Shown here piece after piece: positions 19,183 through 28,295 of a stretch of 64,000 nucleotides of DNA. Position 1 is the stretch's first letter. The number at the start of each line of letters is the position of its first letter. Under the pieces are notes generated by a model. That model searched no databases, had not been told where the DNA came from, and was given only the letters and a program-made list of their open reading frames with translations. The DNA is from a virus, in IMG/VR virus record IMGVR_UViG_3300010399_000035, positions 21,036 to 85,035 of that record, one strand, 5' to 3'. Made by a program: the position numbers and the translations under genes.

Positions 19183-19235
19183 CGCGGAGCATCTCTCCCA
19201 GAGAATGGGCCATCCTCTGGCAGAGGCGCTCCGCG
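19183..19235. repeat. Fused dyad of motif A
   Basis: CGCGGAGCATCTCTCCCAGAGAATGGGCCATCCTCTGGCAGAGGCGCTCCGCG, just upstream of polA. Confidence 0.9.
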
Positions 19236-19241
19236 TGCCAC

Positions 19242-19559
19242 CTATAGTACCCAGAACTTATCGTACAATGCTAGTGCGCTCGCCCGTTCGTCGAGCGTCA
19301 TAGCCCGAAGTAGGTTAATACACCGCTGGCACACGTCGGCAAGATGGGTGGATTCTGTCGGGTCGGTTCGCGCTTGGTTAACCTGCTGCTGGCAGAAGTC
19401 TAGGTGATCATCTTCGAGGTTCCAGTCGTCGATCACGATATGTAAGTGGCCACCTGTACTGTGTAAATTGTATACCTCAGCAATTGCGGTGGCCGATTGG
19501 TATACCAAGGTGTTGTCGAGCATAGGAGCGCCATACTTCTGCCAGCAGCCGTAGCACAT
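19242..19559 (-). CDS. Hypothetical protein
   Basis: MCYGCW start overlapping the SDR stop; GGHLHIVIDDWN motif. Confidence 0.6.
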   Translation of the reverse strand: MCYGCWQKYGAPMLDNTLVYQSATAIAEVYNLHSTGGHLHIVIDDWNLEDDHLDFCQQQVNQARTDPTESTHLADVCQRCINLLRAMTLDERASALALYDKFWVL

Positions 19560-20314
19560 TAGACGCCCATCCCTCCCGGCATAGTCAGTACGGTGCCGGA
19601 GCACTGTTCGGGCAGACTGTTCACGGCGAAGTCGTACAGCTTCCAGACTTCCTCGAAAGTACATCCGCGTCCGAATGGGCTCTGGGAGAAGTACTTGGTG
19701 GCTTGCTCTTCGGACATGCCCCGCGTCCGCTGGAGCTCACGGATGGCTTGCGCCTTCATCTCCGTGTCGTCAATGCCGCCAGGGGCGATGGAGCACACAA
19801 CGATGGGCAACCGCCCCGCGAACTCCTTCGCGAAGACCTTCGTCAAGGCATCCAGTCCAGCCTTCGAAGCACAGTACCCAGGGCTAGCTCGGAGGCTAAT
19901 TTTGGTGCCCATGGACGAAGTGTTCACAATGCGGCGAAGTCGTTCTCGGGGGACGGATTCGTCGTTTTTAACTCGACGGGCGAATTCCCGGCAGAAAAGG
20001 AACGGAGCCACCAGGTTCACATTTAAAACGGCGCTGAAATCCCCCAAGGAATGGTTCTCGAGGAAGTCGATCTTGGTCATGCCTGCATTGTTAATGAGGA
20101 CGTCGATTGGGCCACCCATGGAAGCTTCAGCCTGGTCGAAGATGTGGTTAAGTTCTTCTTCGAACGAGTATGGTTCGGGGTAGGTGGCGTTGAAGTCGCT
20201 CTCGAAGTCCGGTCCGCCCAAGCCCACGCCGAACACCTCATGCCCTTGCTCCAGCAGTCGTTCCCGGATATAGGCTCCAATGCTGCGCGAGCAGCCTGTC
20301 ATTAAGATTCTCAT
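19559..20314 (-). CDS. Short-chain dehydrogenase/reductase (SDR)
   Basis: TGCSRSIG Rossmann motif, INNAG, catalytic YCASK. Confidence 0.9.
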   Translation of the reverse strand: MRILMTGCSRSIGAYIRERLLEQGHEVFGVGLGGPDFESDFNATYPEPYSFEEELNHIFDQAEASMGGPIDVLINNAGMTKIDFLENHSLGDFSAVLNVNLVAPFLFCREFARRVKNDESVPRERLRRIVNTSSMGTKISLRASPGYCASKAGLDALTKVFAKEFAGRLPIVVCSIAPGGIDDTEMKAQAIRELQRTRGMSEEQATKYFSQSPFGRGCTFEEVWKLYDFAVNSLPEQCSGTVLTMPGGMGV

Positions 20315-20667
20315 TCTTTCCGTTCCCTTCTAGTGTCTACCTGCTTCGACAAGCGGGAGAAATTCTCCATATCGTCGTAGGTGTCTTCGTTGTAGTCGTA
20401 CGGTCGAGCCGCACGGACAGCCTTGATCATGACCATGACCAATCCCGCTACATGTGGCGGAATGGCGTGTGGTAGCTTGATGTTGTAGTGTGCCTCGATG
20501 AGTCCAGTGAGCGCGATGCCCGTAGCGCGGAAGGAGTCGTTGGCGTCGCCGTAGACCTTGGACCTCTCGGCGGTGATGGCGTCTAGCTTTCCGTTGCCAT
20601 TTAAATTGCGTTTAGAGCCATTTACAGGCGACTTGGGCGGTTTGGCGAAGGAAGCGCTGTGGCTCAT
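20311..20667 (-). CDS. DUF6378-like protein (putative all-alpha nucleotide pyrophosphatase-like)
   Basis: R-x3-YG-x4-F ... M-x3-K-x2-R ... DTYDD pattern, recognised from memory. Confidence 0.6.
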   Translation of the reverse strand: MSHSASFAKPPKSPVNGSKRNLNGNGKLDAITAERSKVYGDANDSFRATGIALTGLIEAHYNIKLPHAIPPHVAGLVMVMIKAVRAARPYDYNEDTYDDMENFSRLSKQVDTRRERKE

Positions 20668-21899
20668 GATTGGTCTCCTGGAAGGCCATTCATGGCGTCG
20701 AAGCCCCACACTTCGGAGAACTTGGCCGCGTTACGTTCCAGCATCTCGGCTTCGACGGGTCGGGTGGGGGTCCAGTTGCGGATATCCTTCGCCTGCTCAA
20801 GGTCATCTCGACCGTTACGCGCCATCCAAGCTGGGTTGTCTATTCCGCTAACTTTTCCGGAGAGCGCATCGTCTACAGCCTGCAGTGCCTCTTCCGTCTG
20901 ATATCGTATGAAAATGGGGCAAGGTGGCATACCATCACTACCCTGGATCCGCTCCACATTCGTCCCGGCGACGGGGCAGCCAACGTACTTCCCCTTCTTG
21001 ATGCACTTGGGCAAGCCTACCACCGCGAAGAGCGGATCGACTTCCACCAAGCATTTGCGCATGCCCATGATGACAGGTTCCCAAAGGCCAGCCTGTGCGA
21101 CCCAAGATGCGCGCTTCCCCAGAATATGGATCATCGCGGCCAGATTCACGCTCCACGTGATGTCTCCGGTGGCACCGACGGGGACGAGTTGGCGGCAGTC
21201 TTCGATGTGGACTCCTGCTTTCTGCAACTTGCGGTATGCGTCCTGTAGCTGCTTCATTACATCCCGGTAGAACTTCTCCGCCGGAATTGGCGCTGGTACC
21301 CAACCATTCTCTCCGTCGTGGACGTGGTTCTCTACCATCTTCCCCTTCAACGACTCCGGCACTATGTACCGACCTTCGTCGTAGAAGGTATCGAATGGGA
21401 TTACACGCGAGGTCTGCGCCCACCAACTCGAATCGTGGAAGTTGGGAATCTGGTCCATGTGCTGCAACCCCTCCCCAGCCAATAGGTGCTGTATGGGTTC
21501 GGGGATGATATCCACCCCAACACGCGGATCCAACTTCGTGCCCAGACGATGGCGCACCAACTGTTCGCGGAGGGAGATCGGGATACCTTGCAGATGGAAG
21601 ACGAAGTTGAGGTTCTCTACAACTGGGATGCTCTCGGCGAGGATCATCTCGACTTCGGCGCGGATGGAAGCGGCGCAGTCACGAACTGCGTTGGTATCCT
21701 TATCGAATCCAAGCATTCTACAGTCGGACAGGACTGCATCGTGCTTCCAACCAAAGGTTGGCATTCCGTCCTTACTGGCTTTCAGAATGCTTTCTATATC
21801 CTCGGGGCTCGGCAGTGGCTTGTTCGAGCGCGACTGACGCCAAATGTAGAACAGCGTGCCAACAGGGTGGGATGGGGCGGAGATGAGACTGACTTTCAT
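20664..21899 (-). CDS. Divergent ThyX-like (flavin-dependent thymidylate synthase fold) protein
   Basis: QLVRHR, EDCRQLVP and NLAAM motifs; start set at MKVSL, after an AAGGAA RBS. Confidence 0.75.
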   Translation of the reverse strand: MKVSLISAPSHPVGTLFYIWRQSRSNKPLPSPEDIESILKASKDGMPTFGWKHDAVLSDCRMLGFDKDTNAVRDCAASIRAEVEMILAESIPVVENLNFVFHLQGIPISLREQLVRHRLGTKLDPRVGVDIIPEPIQHLLAGEGLQHMDQIPNFHDSSWWAQTSRVIPFDTFYDEGRYIVPESLKGKMVENHVHDGENGWVPAPIPAEKFYRDVMKQLQDAYRKLQKAGVHIEDCRQLVPVGATGDITWSVNLAAMIHILGKRASWVAQAGLWEPVIMGMRKCLVEVDPLFAVVGLPKCIKKGKYVGCPVAGTNVERIQGSDGMPPCPIFIRYQTEEALQAVDDALSGKVSGIDNPAWMARNGRDDLEQAKDIRNWTPTRPVEAEMLERNAAKFSEVWGFDAMNGLPGDQS

Positions 21900-21955
21900 G
21901 ATTCTCGGTTCCTTTTTAACGGCTTGGCTATCTTCTGGGAGAGATGCTCCGCAGT

Positions 21956-22273
21956 TCACGTAACGGGTACTTTGGCGGCGGAGGTTGGTGGGAAGTCCAT
22001 CCAGCCGTGCTCGACAATACGGACATCCCAGTATTCAGGCATTTCGGCGCACATGAGCTCGGCAGACTCGCGGTCCGCGAAGTGGAGTCCTTTGTTGGGA
22101 TCGGTGGTCCAGCAGACGCCTTGGGTGTGCTGGTCGATCCGCCACGATATGAATCCGGTGACTCCGTTCGGTGTGTCCGCGATTAGTTCCGGAGTGTACT
22201 TGTCCAGGCGCGGTTCGAATGGCGTGCCTTGGAAGTACTGCTCGATCATCCAACAGGTTTGTCCTGGTTCCAT
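21956..22273 (-). CDS. Hypothetical protein
   Basis: 105 aa ORF within the operon. Confidence 0.6.
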   Translation of the reverse strand: MEPGQTCWMIEQYFQGTPFEPRLDKYTPELIADTPNGVTGFISWRIDQHTQGVCWTTDPNKGLHFADRESAELMCAEMPEYWDVRIVEHGWMDFPPTSAAKVPVT

Positions 22274-22305
22274 AATTTCTCTTCTGTGGTTGGGTCGGGT
22301 TGGAG

Positions 22306-22929
22306 TTACAAGCTAATGGAATGCCCTGCCCGCTTCATGATTTCCTTGACGAGCTCCACCGTCTGGTCAACTAAGGGACGGATGAAGTCGTACCGAGGGT
22401 TCATGAATATGGCGGTGTAGTCGCGCATAGTTTGGTAGTTTTCTACCACGGTGGAGTTAGCGTTCGTGACCTCAGCGTAGAGGTAGCTCACCACGGACAG
22501 GTAGTCGGCGAAGGCTACGATGGCACCCTCGTTAGTGGAGTCCTTCGCGTTGGCCCACATTACCGCCATGCGCGTGGCGTAGGTCGGGTCTGGGTAGAGC
22601 ACACTAATGAGGGTCTCTATCTCCTTTTCCGCAGCTGCATCCAACGCATCTTTAAGTTGCGGATTGGAGTATTTGAACGGCCTCTGAAAATCGCCTGTGC
22701 GGGCTTCGTCCATGTCGTGAATCAACGCACGACGGAGCACCTGCAGTTCGTCAACGTCGGTGCGGTGGGTCTCCTTGCGAATCCAATCGCAAATGAACAT
22801 GGAATAGACGGCAACGTACGCGGTGTGCTCTGCAACATTCTCCCGATGCAACACCAAACTGGTCGAATGCCGGTTCACATAGCGAAGCCGGTTCACGTCG
22901 CCCGTCAGCAGTGTTCGTATGTTTAGCAT
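22306..22929 (-). CDS. HD-domain deoxynucleotide phosphohydrolase (YfbR/DatZ-like)
   Basis: R...ENVAEH, LIHDMDEARTGD, FAD motifs. Confidence 0.85.
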   Translation of the reverse strand: MLNIRTLLTGDVNRLRYVNRHSTSLVLHRENVAEHTAYVAVYSMFICDWIRKETHRTDVDELQVLRRALIHDMDEARTGDFQRPFKYSNPQLKDALDAAAEKEIETLISVLYPDPTYATRMAVMWANAKDSTNEGAIVAFADYLSVVSYLYAEVTNANSTVVENYQTMRDYTAIFMNPRYDFIRPLVDQTVELVKEIMKRAGHSISL

Positions 22930-23648
22930 TCGGCCTCCACTTCAACCATACGCGGAGTATCCTCTCCAGAGGAGGGCCCAGTTTCTGGTAGGGTTTCCTG
23001 CTGGGCAGCCCAGGCTTCGCAAACGGACCAGTTGAAGTGTTGGGCCTTCACCGGCAAATTAGCGAGCTCACCACTGATGCCATATACGCTGGTGAGACGG
23101 CTACGATCGTAGATAGAGTTGGGGATGCAGCCGCTGAGTTCGGAGTCCAGGAACAGTGCCAACCTGGAGTACCCAGACAGGAGCCCGTCGCAGCCATGCG
23201 TCAACATAACGTTCAAGTGCTCAGCCTTCTTCGTTGGGTGGAAGCCGACGACAAGCTTGCCTAGTCCTCTGGCCGTACCCATCTCCCAAACTGTACCTGT
23301 GTCGGGGAGTTCGAGCTCCCTTATAGGCACGGTGATATCCACCTTCAAATCGGTGTATTCGCTGTGCTTCGGTTCCAACTTGCAAGCGCAAATGCGCTCG
23401 TTCGGCGGTAACGCATACGCAAGCACCGCCAAGAGCAAATCACACTCCTGGATGGACTGCTCGTTCCAGTTGAAGAGGGGGAGCCAAGCGGCAGGATTCT
23501 TGCGCTGGTCCTTCGGGGGTAGGAAGGGCTCGCTGCCGAGTCGAGGGGAGAGGAATTCGTGTCCGGCAGAGGTGATTATGTCTTCAATTGTGGCAATGAT
23601 GCCGCGTTGGGGCTCGTTGAAGAGCGGTGCGGCTATGTAGATTTTCAT
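22923..23648 (-). CDS. Nucleoside 2'-deoxyribosyltransferase / nucleotide N-glycosidase family
   Basis: IYIAAPLF, CDLLLA, DTGTVWEMG, LNVML motifs. Confidence 0.85.
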   Translation of the reverse strand: MKIYIAAPLFNEPQRGIIATIEDIITSAGHEFLSPRLGSEPFLPPKDQRKNPAAWLPLFNWNEQSIQECDLLLAVLAYALPPNERICACKLEPKHSEYTDLKVDITVPIRELELPDTGTVWEMGTARGLGKLVVGFHPTKKAEHLNVMLTHGCDGLLSGYSRLALFLDSELSGCIPNSIYDRSRLTSVYGISGELANLPVKAQHFNWSVCEAWAAQQETLPETGPSSGEDTPRMVEVEAEC

Positions 23649-23669
23649 TATACTCCTTGAACGGCTTAC

Positions 23670-23702
23670 CCAGGGAGTAGCGCCTACGGCGCTACTCCCT
23701 GG
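23670..23702. other. Perfect 15-bp stem-loop between SSB-like and NDT genes
   Basis: CCAGGGAGTAGCGCC-TAC-GGCGCTACTCCCTGG; no U tract on the minus strand. Confidence 0.7.
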
Positions 23703-23726
23703 TTTAGTTGTGCAACGAACAAACGA

Positions 23727-24470
23727 CTACGCCGTTGGAACTTCCAAACCTTCCGGTTCGACTTCGAGATCGGAGTAAGCCACTTCATGCTTCACGAACT
23801 TTCCGTTCGCGCCCGGCACCTTGATCAGGGCAATCTCGGTATCGTCGTCGAGGGAGTCCACGGTGCCTTCGGTGCGAGCACCGTCCAAGTCGAAGAAGGC
23901 CTTCATGCCCTTGCGGAGCTCTACTTCCTCTGGAGCAGAAGGTGGTTGCTGCGCCGAAGGCGCGGCAGCCGACTGCTGCACACCATTGGAAGTTGCGGGG
24001 GTTGGCCGCTGCACTGGGGCCGGTTCCCCTTCGTCTTCGGCATTGTAGTTGGGGAGCAACTTCACGACCCTTAAGTTCTGAAAGTCGGAGTTGGGTGGGG
24101 TCTTGAGCGTGATCTTCATCACCAGGTGCTGCTCGACGAGATCTTCCAGTACGGTCTCGAGTTGGGTCAGGTCAATAGCGGCAGCATCCACACCTAGTGC
24201 GGAGAGTCGCCACACCAGCGGCTCCAGGCCACGCTGGCCTTCCAAGCCCAAGTACTCGTACTTCGTGGTGCCAGCCTTGTCACCTTCGAGGAAGGTGTAG
24301 CCCCAGCGGATCTGGATCTTACCGGAGTTCTTGGACTCGTCCAAGTCGGCGCTGGTGAGCTCCGCAATGTAGGAGCCGTCCGGTGGGTTCTCGAAGTTGC
24401 CCTTCTTGGCCTTCTCGACGGTTTCGGCCCATTCTTGGTTTGCGTTCTTGAGGAATCTGTTGAGGTTCAT
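23727..24470 (-). CDS. Single-stranded DNA-binding-like protein (DUF669-like)
   Basis: PPDGSYIAELT motif, acidic tail, adjacent to the Sak4-like ATPase. Confidence 0.65.
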   Translation of the reverse strand: MNLNRFLKNANQEWAETVEKAKKGNFENPPDGSYIAELTSADLDESKNSGKIQIRWGYTFLEGDKAGTTKYEYLGLEGQRGLEPLVWRLSALGVDAAAIDLTQLETVLEDLVEQHLVMKITLKTPPNSDFQNLRVVKLLPNYNAEDEGEPAPVQRPTPATSNGVQQSAAAPSAQQPPSAPEEVELRKGMKAFFDLDGARTEGTVDSLDDDTEIALIKVPGANGKFVKHEVAYSDLEVEPEGLEVPTA

Positions 24471-24627
24471 TCCATGTACCCTTTACCTTTTCGTAGGTAT
24501 ACCTTTGCGTAGATTTGTTGACATTGTGGTGCCGGTCGTACAGCTTGAGTGCAGGTAGTTTTTAGGCCCCTCTTCTGGAGAGAGTCTCCGCAGTCCATAG
24601 GTAGTTGTGTGCGCATAGCGCAACCAA

Positions 24628-25536
24628 CTATCGCCTTCCGGCAGGAAGCTTCGCCTTCGTCTCAGAGAGGCCGGTGCGGACCTTCGGTTCCATCGTGTCC
24701 GCTTGGAGGTTATTGAAGGCGTCCAAGATGTTGGAGTAGCCTTCGGCGGCTGAAGCGCCCATGGGGATAGAGTGGATTCGCTGTTTGGGATCCTCAGAAG
24801 AAACGAAGTGACCATCGACGCGATGGCCGGCATCAACCATATCGCTCCCAGAAATCGTGAGCAACCGGTCGTGACCGTAGTAGCCGTAGTAAGCAATGAT
24901 GTCTACGAAGCCGGTCACGAACTTGCGCGCTTGTCCGGGCATGGTGGGGATAATCTTGTTGTACTTCCCGCCAGAAGCTTCCTGGAATTCGGACTCCGTG
25001 GCGTGGCTGAGGAACATCACGCCACGCCCTGTAGCAATCAGTTCCAGAATGGTGCTGGTGAATTCCTGCTTGATGATGCTCCAGGTCTTGCCGAAGTCGT
25101 TGTTGTCGGAGGGGTGATCGAAACCTTCGCGTCGCCCCACGAACTGCACGCACCGCTCGTAAGCGATGTCAATCGTGTCGATCACGATGGTGGAATACTG
25201 ACTAGTGCCCTTCAGCGCCTTCAGGTAGCCTTTGAAAGCATCCCAAGACGGACACTCCACTTGGTAGATGGAGAGCCCCTTGCCGCCAGGCTCGAACATC
25301 ATGAAGAGTGCCTCGGGGAATTGAGCCGCCAGGGAGGTCTTGCCAATCTTCCGCTCCCCGTAGATGAGCCAGGTGTAGTCGCCGAGTTCCGGTTTGGGTT
25401 CGGAGCGAGTGGTGGGCAAGGCGAAGGCCCCACCGCTAGATTGGGTGGGGGTAGCACCATTAGATGGTGCGAACCGGTTAGTGTCGGTTGGTGGCTGATT
25501 GAGCGGGGTACTACTTCTTACGGGGACGGATGCCAT
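24628..25536 (-). CDS. AAA ATPase, Sak4-like single-strand annealing protein
   Basis: LIYGERKIGKTS Walker A, IVIDT Walker B, FLSH. Confidence 0.8.
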   Translation of the reverse strand: MASVPVRSSTPLNQPPTDTNRFAPSNGATPTQSSGGAFALPTTRSEPKPELGDYTWLIYGERKIGKTSLAAQFPEALFMMFEPGGKGLSIYQVECPSWDAFKGYLKALKGTSQYSTIVIDTIDIAYERCVQFVGRREGFDHPSDNNDFGKTWSIIKQEFTSTILELIATGRGVMFLSHATESEFQEASGGKYNKIIPTMPGQARKFVTGFVDIIAYYGYYGHDRLLTISGSDMVDAGHRVDGHFVSSEDPKQRIHSIPMGASAAEGYSNILDAFNNLQADTMEPKVRTGLSETKAKLPAGRR

Positions 25537-25855
25537 TGAAATACATCTCCTTTAACTGCTTTACTGACGGTGGTTGGCTACGCTGTTGGTCTATGAGCGG
25601 GATGTCAACATCGTAGCGTATGTAAATGAAACGACAGTCTTCATGGTGAGGTCGGTGGCGGTTGGGGCACTGGAGGCGGAGCTCGGATGGCGTTAGCTTC
25701 TTGAAGAGACCTTTAGTGTCGTCTTCCCTTTCCAACACAACCGTAGCCCCACAAGCTGAACACCTTCCAGTTCGGCCAACCCACCACTTGTTAGGTAGAC
25801 GGGTAGGGTTCAGCTTGTGGGGTTGGGTGGTTGGGGCGGTTGCACTAAACGACAT
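25511..25855 (-). CDS. Hypothetical Zn-binding protein
   Basis: CSAC and further Cys/His residues. Confidence 0.5.
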   Translation of the reverse strand: MSFSATAPTTQPHKLNPTRLPNKWWVGRTGRCSACGATVVLEREDDTKGLFKKLTPSELRLQCPNRHRPHHEDCRFIYIRYDVDIPLIDQQRSQPPSVKQLKEMYFNGIRPRKK

Positions 25856-26144
25856 CGGTACCTACCAAAGGTTCACCGTCCGTGCCGACCGCGACCACAT
25901 TCTGCTCCTGAAGGATCCGCTGATCCTCTGGAGAGAGTTTGGGTTGCTTGCCTGCGGCCTTGCGCTCCGCAATGGCCTTAGTGCAAGTCGGGCAGAGATC
26001 GATAATCGACTGCAGCTTCCAACCTGCAGCGACGGCTTGCTGCTTCGCTTCGGCTGCCGAGGCAGCTTCGTAGTTAGCAGTGGAGCCCTCGTGCGGGTCG
26101 CCGTTGGAACACTGGAGCGAGAGAACGAATCTTCCGTTTTTCAT
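25845..26144 (-). CDS. Hypothetical protein
   Basis: AGW...DLCPTC motif; AGGTG RBS. Confidence 0.55.
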   Translation of the reverse strand: MKNGRFVLSLQCSNGDPHEGSTANYEAASAAEAKQQAVAAGWKLQSIIDLCPTCTKAIAERKAAGKQPKLSPEDQRILQEQNVVAVGTDGEPLVGTDVV

Positions 26145-26385
26145 AATATCACCTACTTCCGTTGCGTTCGATACATATCCGAAGGTTGAGTTGTCTTAGT
26201 AAGTTCTTCCAGACACTTCGCTATTCGAGAGAGCGGTTCGTGGACGTACATCGCTCCCAGAAAGATGGAGGCTGAAAGAAGAAAAATGGCGGAGGCTATC
26301 AGAAGGGATTCCATTTATCGAGCTCCAAGATATGAGCCAATGAAAATGGCTATGCAGCACGCGACTATAAGAATAGGTTCCATAA

Positions 26386-27765
26386 TCAATCCACCGTCGC
26401 CACCAAATCCCCATCGAGTTCAGGGAATACGTGCTCCCGACTGGTTAGGTTACTTGTGTCTTTGTACGCACACAGCCGCAGATACTCACAGGGGCGGTTC
26501 CACATCTGGCACGCGCCTGAGTTGCGGTAAGTATGGTCTGGGTTGTTAGCCCAACGGTATAGATGGGCCATCATTCGCTGAAGGTCTCTATTGGCCCACT
26601 CGTCCAGTTCGTCGGGCGTAACGGACACGTTGTAGCGTACGAAGTATTCTTCTGGACGAGACTGGACATCTGCCGTAATACGATCGCAGAAGTCATCTAA
26701 GGATTCCTTCACCTTCTGCCTTAAGAGGGGCCGCTTCACGATGTTGTATAGCACTCCGCGTGGAGTTTCGCCGTAGGTCTGTTTCATGGCCCACAGGTAG
26801 AGCATGACTTGTAGCTCGAAGTTGAGGCGATCGGACAGAGACTGTTCGTCAATGTAGGACTTGGTCTTGGTTTCGAAGAGCCACAAATCCCCGGTTGGCG
26901 AAGTGCTGGTAGGTATGGAACGGAACACACCATCGAACTTGCCACGAACTGGGAACTGGACGGTGTTCGTTGGGGCGTTGAACGGATAGCCGAAGCCGGG
27001 GTCTCCTGGTTGGAGTTGGTGGGTATATTGAACGCGGAAGGTGCGCTCTAGGTCTACCCAGTTCAGTTCGCGAAAGTCCGTCTCCCAGTGGCGGAAGTAC
27101 ATCCGCAGCATAACCTTCGCCAAGGAACAGTTTACTTCAAGGGCGATGAGTTCCGTGGGGGAGGCTGTACTTTGGAGTAGTGTAGTTCGGTCCGTCTGGT
27201 AGATCTGGATGATGGCATCTTCCACGAACGAGTCCATGTTCGTGATGAAGAACTCTGGAACGTATTCGCTTCCTTGTTCCGCCTTCGCTAGACCATAGAC
27301 GTTGTCTAGTGCACGGTGGAACACATCCCCGAAGGCTAAGGCTCCGGACTTGCTTGGGCTGGAAAGCCCCTGCTTCATTTTGATTGCCGCTTTTTCTGGA
27401 CAGAGTGCCACGAGGGCGAGTAGTCCTTGCGTGACGCCATCGCGGGTCAGTTGCCAGAAGTCGGTGGGTGGTTGGGTATCTATGGGCGGCGCAGTTGGGA
27501 TGGTAGAAGAGACTGGTACGAACGATTGCATCCGCTCCAGAATAGCAAGCTCTTCTTCGCAGCTAAGCGGTCCGCCGAAGAACTCCGCCTGGCCAGCCGC
27601 CACTATAGGGTCTGGCGTGCCAACTGTAGCGGCCACGAGGTCCATGGCTTCCTTGGCGGGGAGACCGTCCAGGTTGGGAGCCCCACAAGGCAGCAAGGAA
27701 TCCGCTAGGGCTTCGTTCTCCTCGATTATGGTTGGTTGGGTTGAGCGGACTTTAACTTTAGCCAT
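26386..27765 (-). CDS. PD-(D/E)XK (Cas4/RecB-like) exonuclease
   Basis: FGDVFH, RGKFDG, LFETKT, QVMLY and C-terminal Cys cluster. Confidence 0.8.
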   Translation of the reverse strand: MAKVKVRSTQPTIIEENEALADSLLPCGAPNLDGLPAKEAMDLVAATVGTPDPIVAAGQAEFFGGPLSCEEELAILERMQSFVPVSSTIPTAPPIDTQPPTDFWQLTRDGVTQGLLALVALCPEKAAIKMKQGLSSPSKSGALAFGDVFHRALDNVYGLAKAEQGSEYVPEFFITNMDSFVEDAIIQIYQTDRTTLLQSTASPTELIALEVNCSLAKVMLRMYFRHWETDFRELNWVDLERTFRVQYTHQLQPGDPGFGYPFNAPTNTVQFPVRGKFDGVFRSIPTSTSPTGDLWLFETKTKSYIDEQSLSDRLNFELQVMLYLWAMKQTYGETPRGVLYNIVKRPLLRQKVKESLDDFCDRITADVQSRPEEYFVRYNVSVTPDELDEWANRDLQRMMAHLYRWANNPDHTYRNSGACQMWNRPCEYLRLCAYKDTSNLTSREHVFPELDGDLVATVD

Positions 27766-28015
27766 TGGATTGCTTCTTCACTAACTGTTCAATTCGCGCA
27801 TTATCTTCTTCAGTAATCGGATTCCACCACAGGATCATGCCTGGATCTTCACCATTCAGGAACTGCAGCACATCTTTAATGGCTCGTTCGTACCCGTTGT
27901 CAAAGCCCTGCTTCATACAAGTACCGGGATGCCCGCTATTGTAGTGTTTCAGGATAACCTGTTCGACTTCGCGGAGCACCTCCCGTAACTTAGCGCGTAC
28001 TTCAGCATTGGTCAT
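27758..28015 (-). CDS. Hypothetical protein
   Basis: Overlapping operon packing. Confidence 0.55.
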   Translation of the reverse strand: MTNAEVRAKLREVLREVEQVILKHYNSGHPGTCMKQGFDNGYERAIKDVLQFLNGEDPGMILWWNPITEEDNARIEQLVKKQSNG

Positions 28016-28230
28016 GGCGTTTCGATTCGTTTCCTAGAGATCACCTTATACTGATCGGGGCGGAGCACCATACGGTACCCCTTCATCACGACTTCAACGG
28101 AGCCGTTCGCCAATAGCTGCTTTACTTGATACTCCGACCCCTTCCAGAAAAGCTGCTCGTTCCGCCGAACATTGCAGCGGAGTTGTATACGAGTCGGAAC
28201 TCTACGAAGAATTGGATTGTTCGGTGCCAA
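28012..28230 (-). CDS. Hypothetical protein
   Basis: GAGG RBS; overlaps the next gene. Confidence 0.5.
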   Translation of the reverse strand: MAPNNPILRRVPTRIQLRCNVRRNEQLFWKGSEYQVKQLLANGSVEVVMKGYRMVLRPDQYKVISRKRIETP

Positions 28231-28295
28231 GGTAATTATCCCTCTTTCAGCGGCCTTTGAGGGGCCGTTCAGAAAATAGATTGCGGGTTATTTTG

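Noticed and set aside
21900-21959. N-terminal extensions of ThyX-like and SNF2 ORFs as given in the track
   Set aside because: They translate through intergenic motif A copies; for ThyX a downstream ATG has a clear RBS, and for SNF2 the downstream ATG fits the domain start better.
19242-23648. Diaminopurine (Z-genome) or 7-deazaguanine pathway
   Set aside because: HD and MazG proteins are present but no PurZ, QueC/D/E, FolE or DpdA-like ORF is visible in this window.
26386-27765. Cas4 as part of a CRISPR-Cas system
   Set aside because: It sits with a Sak4-like ATPase and SSB, a standard phage recombination module.
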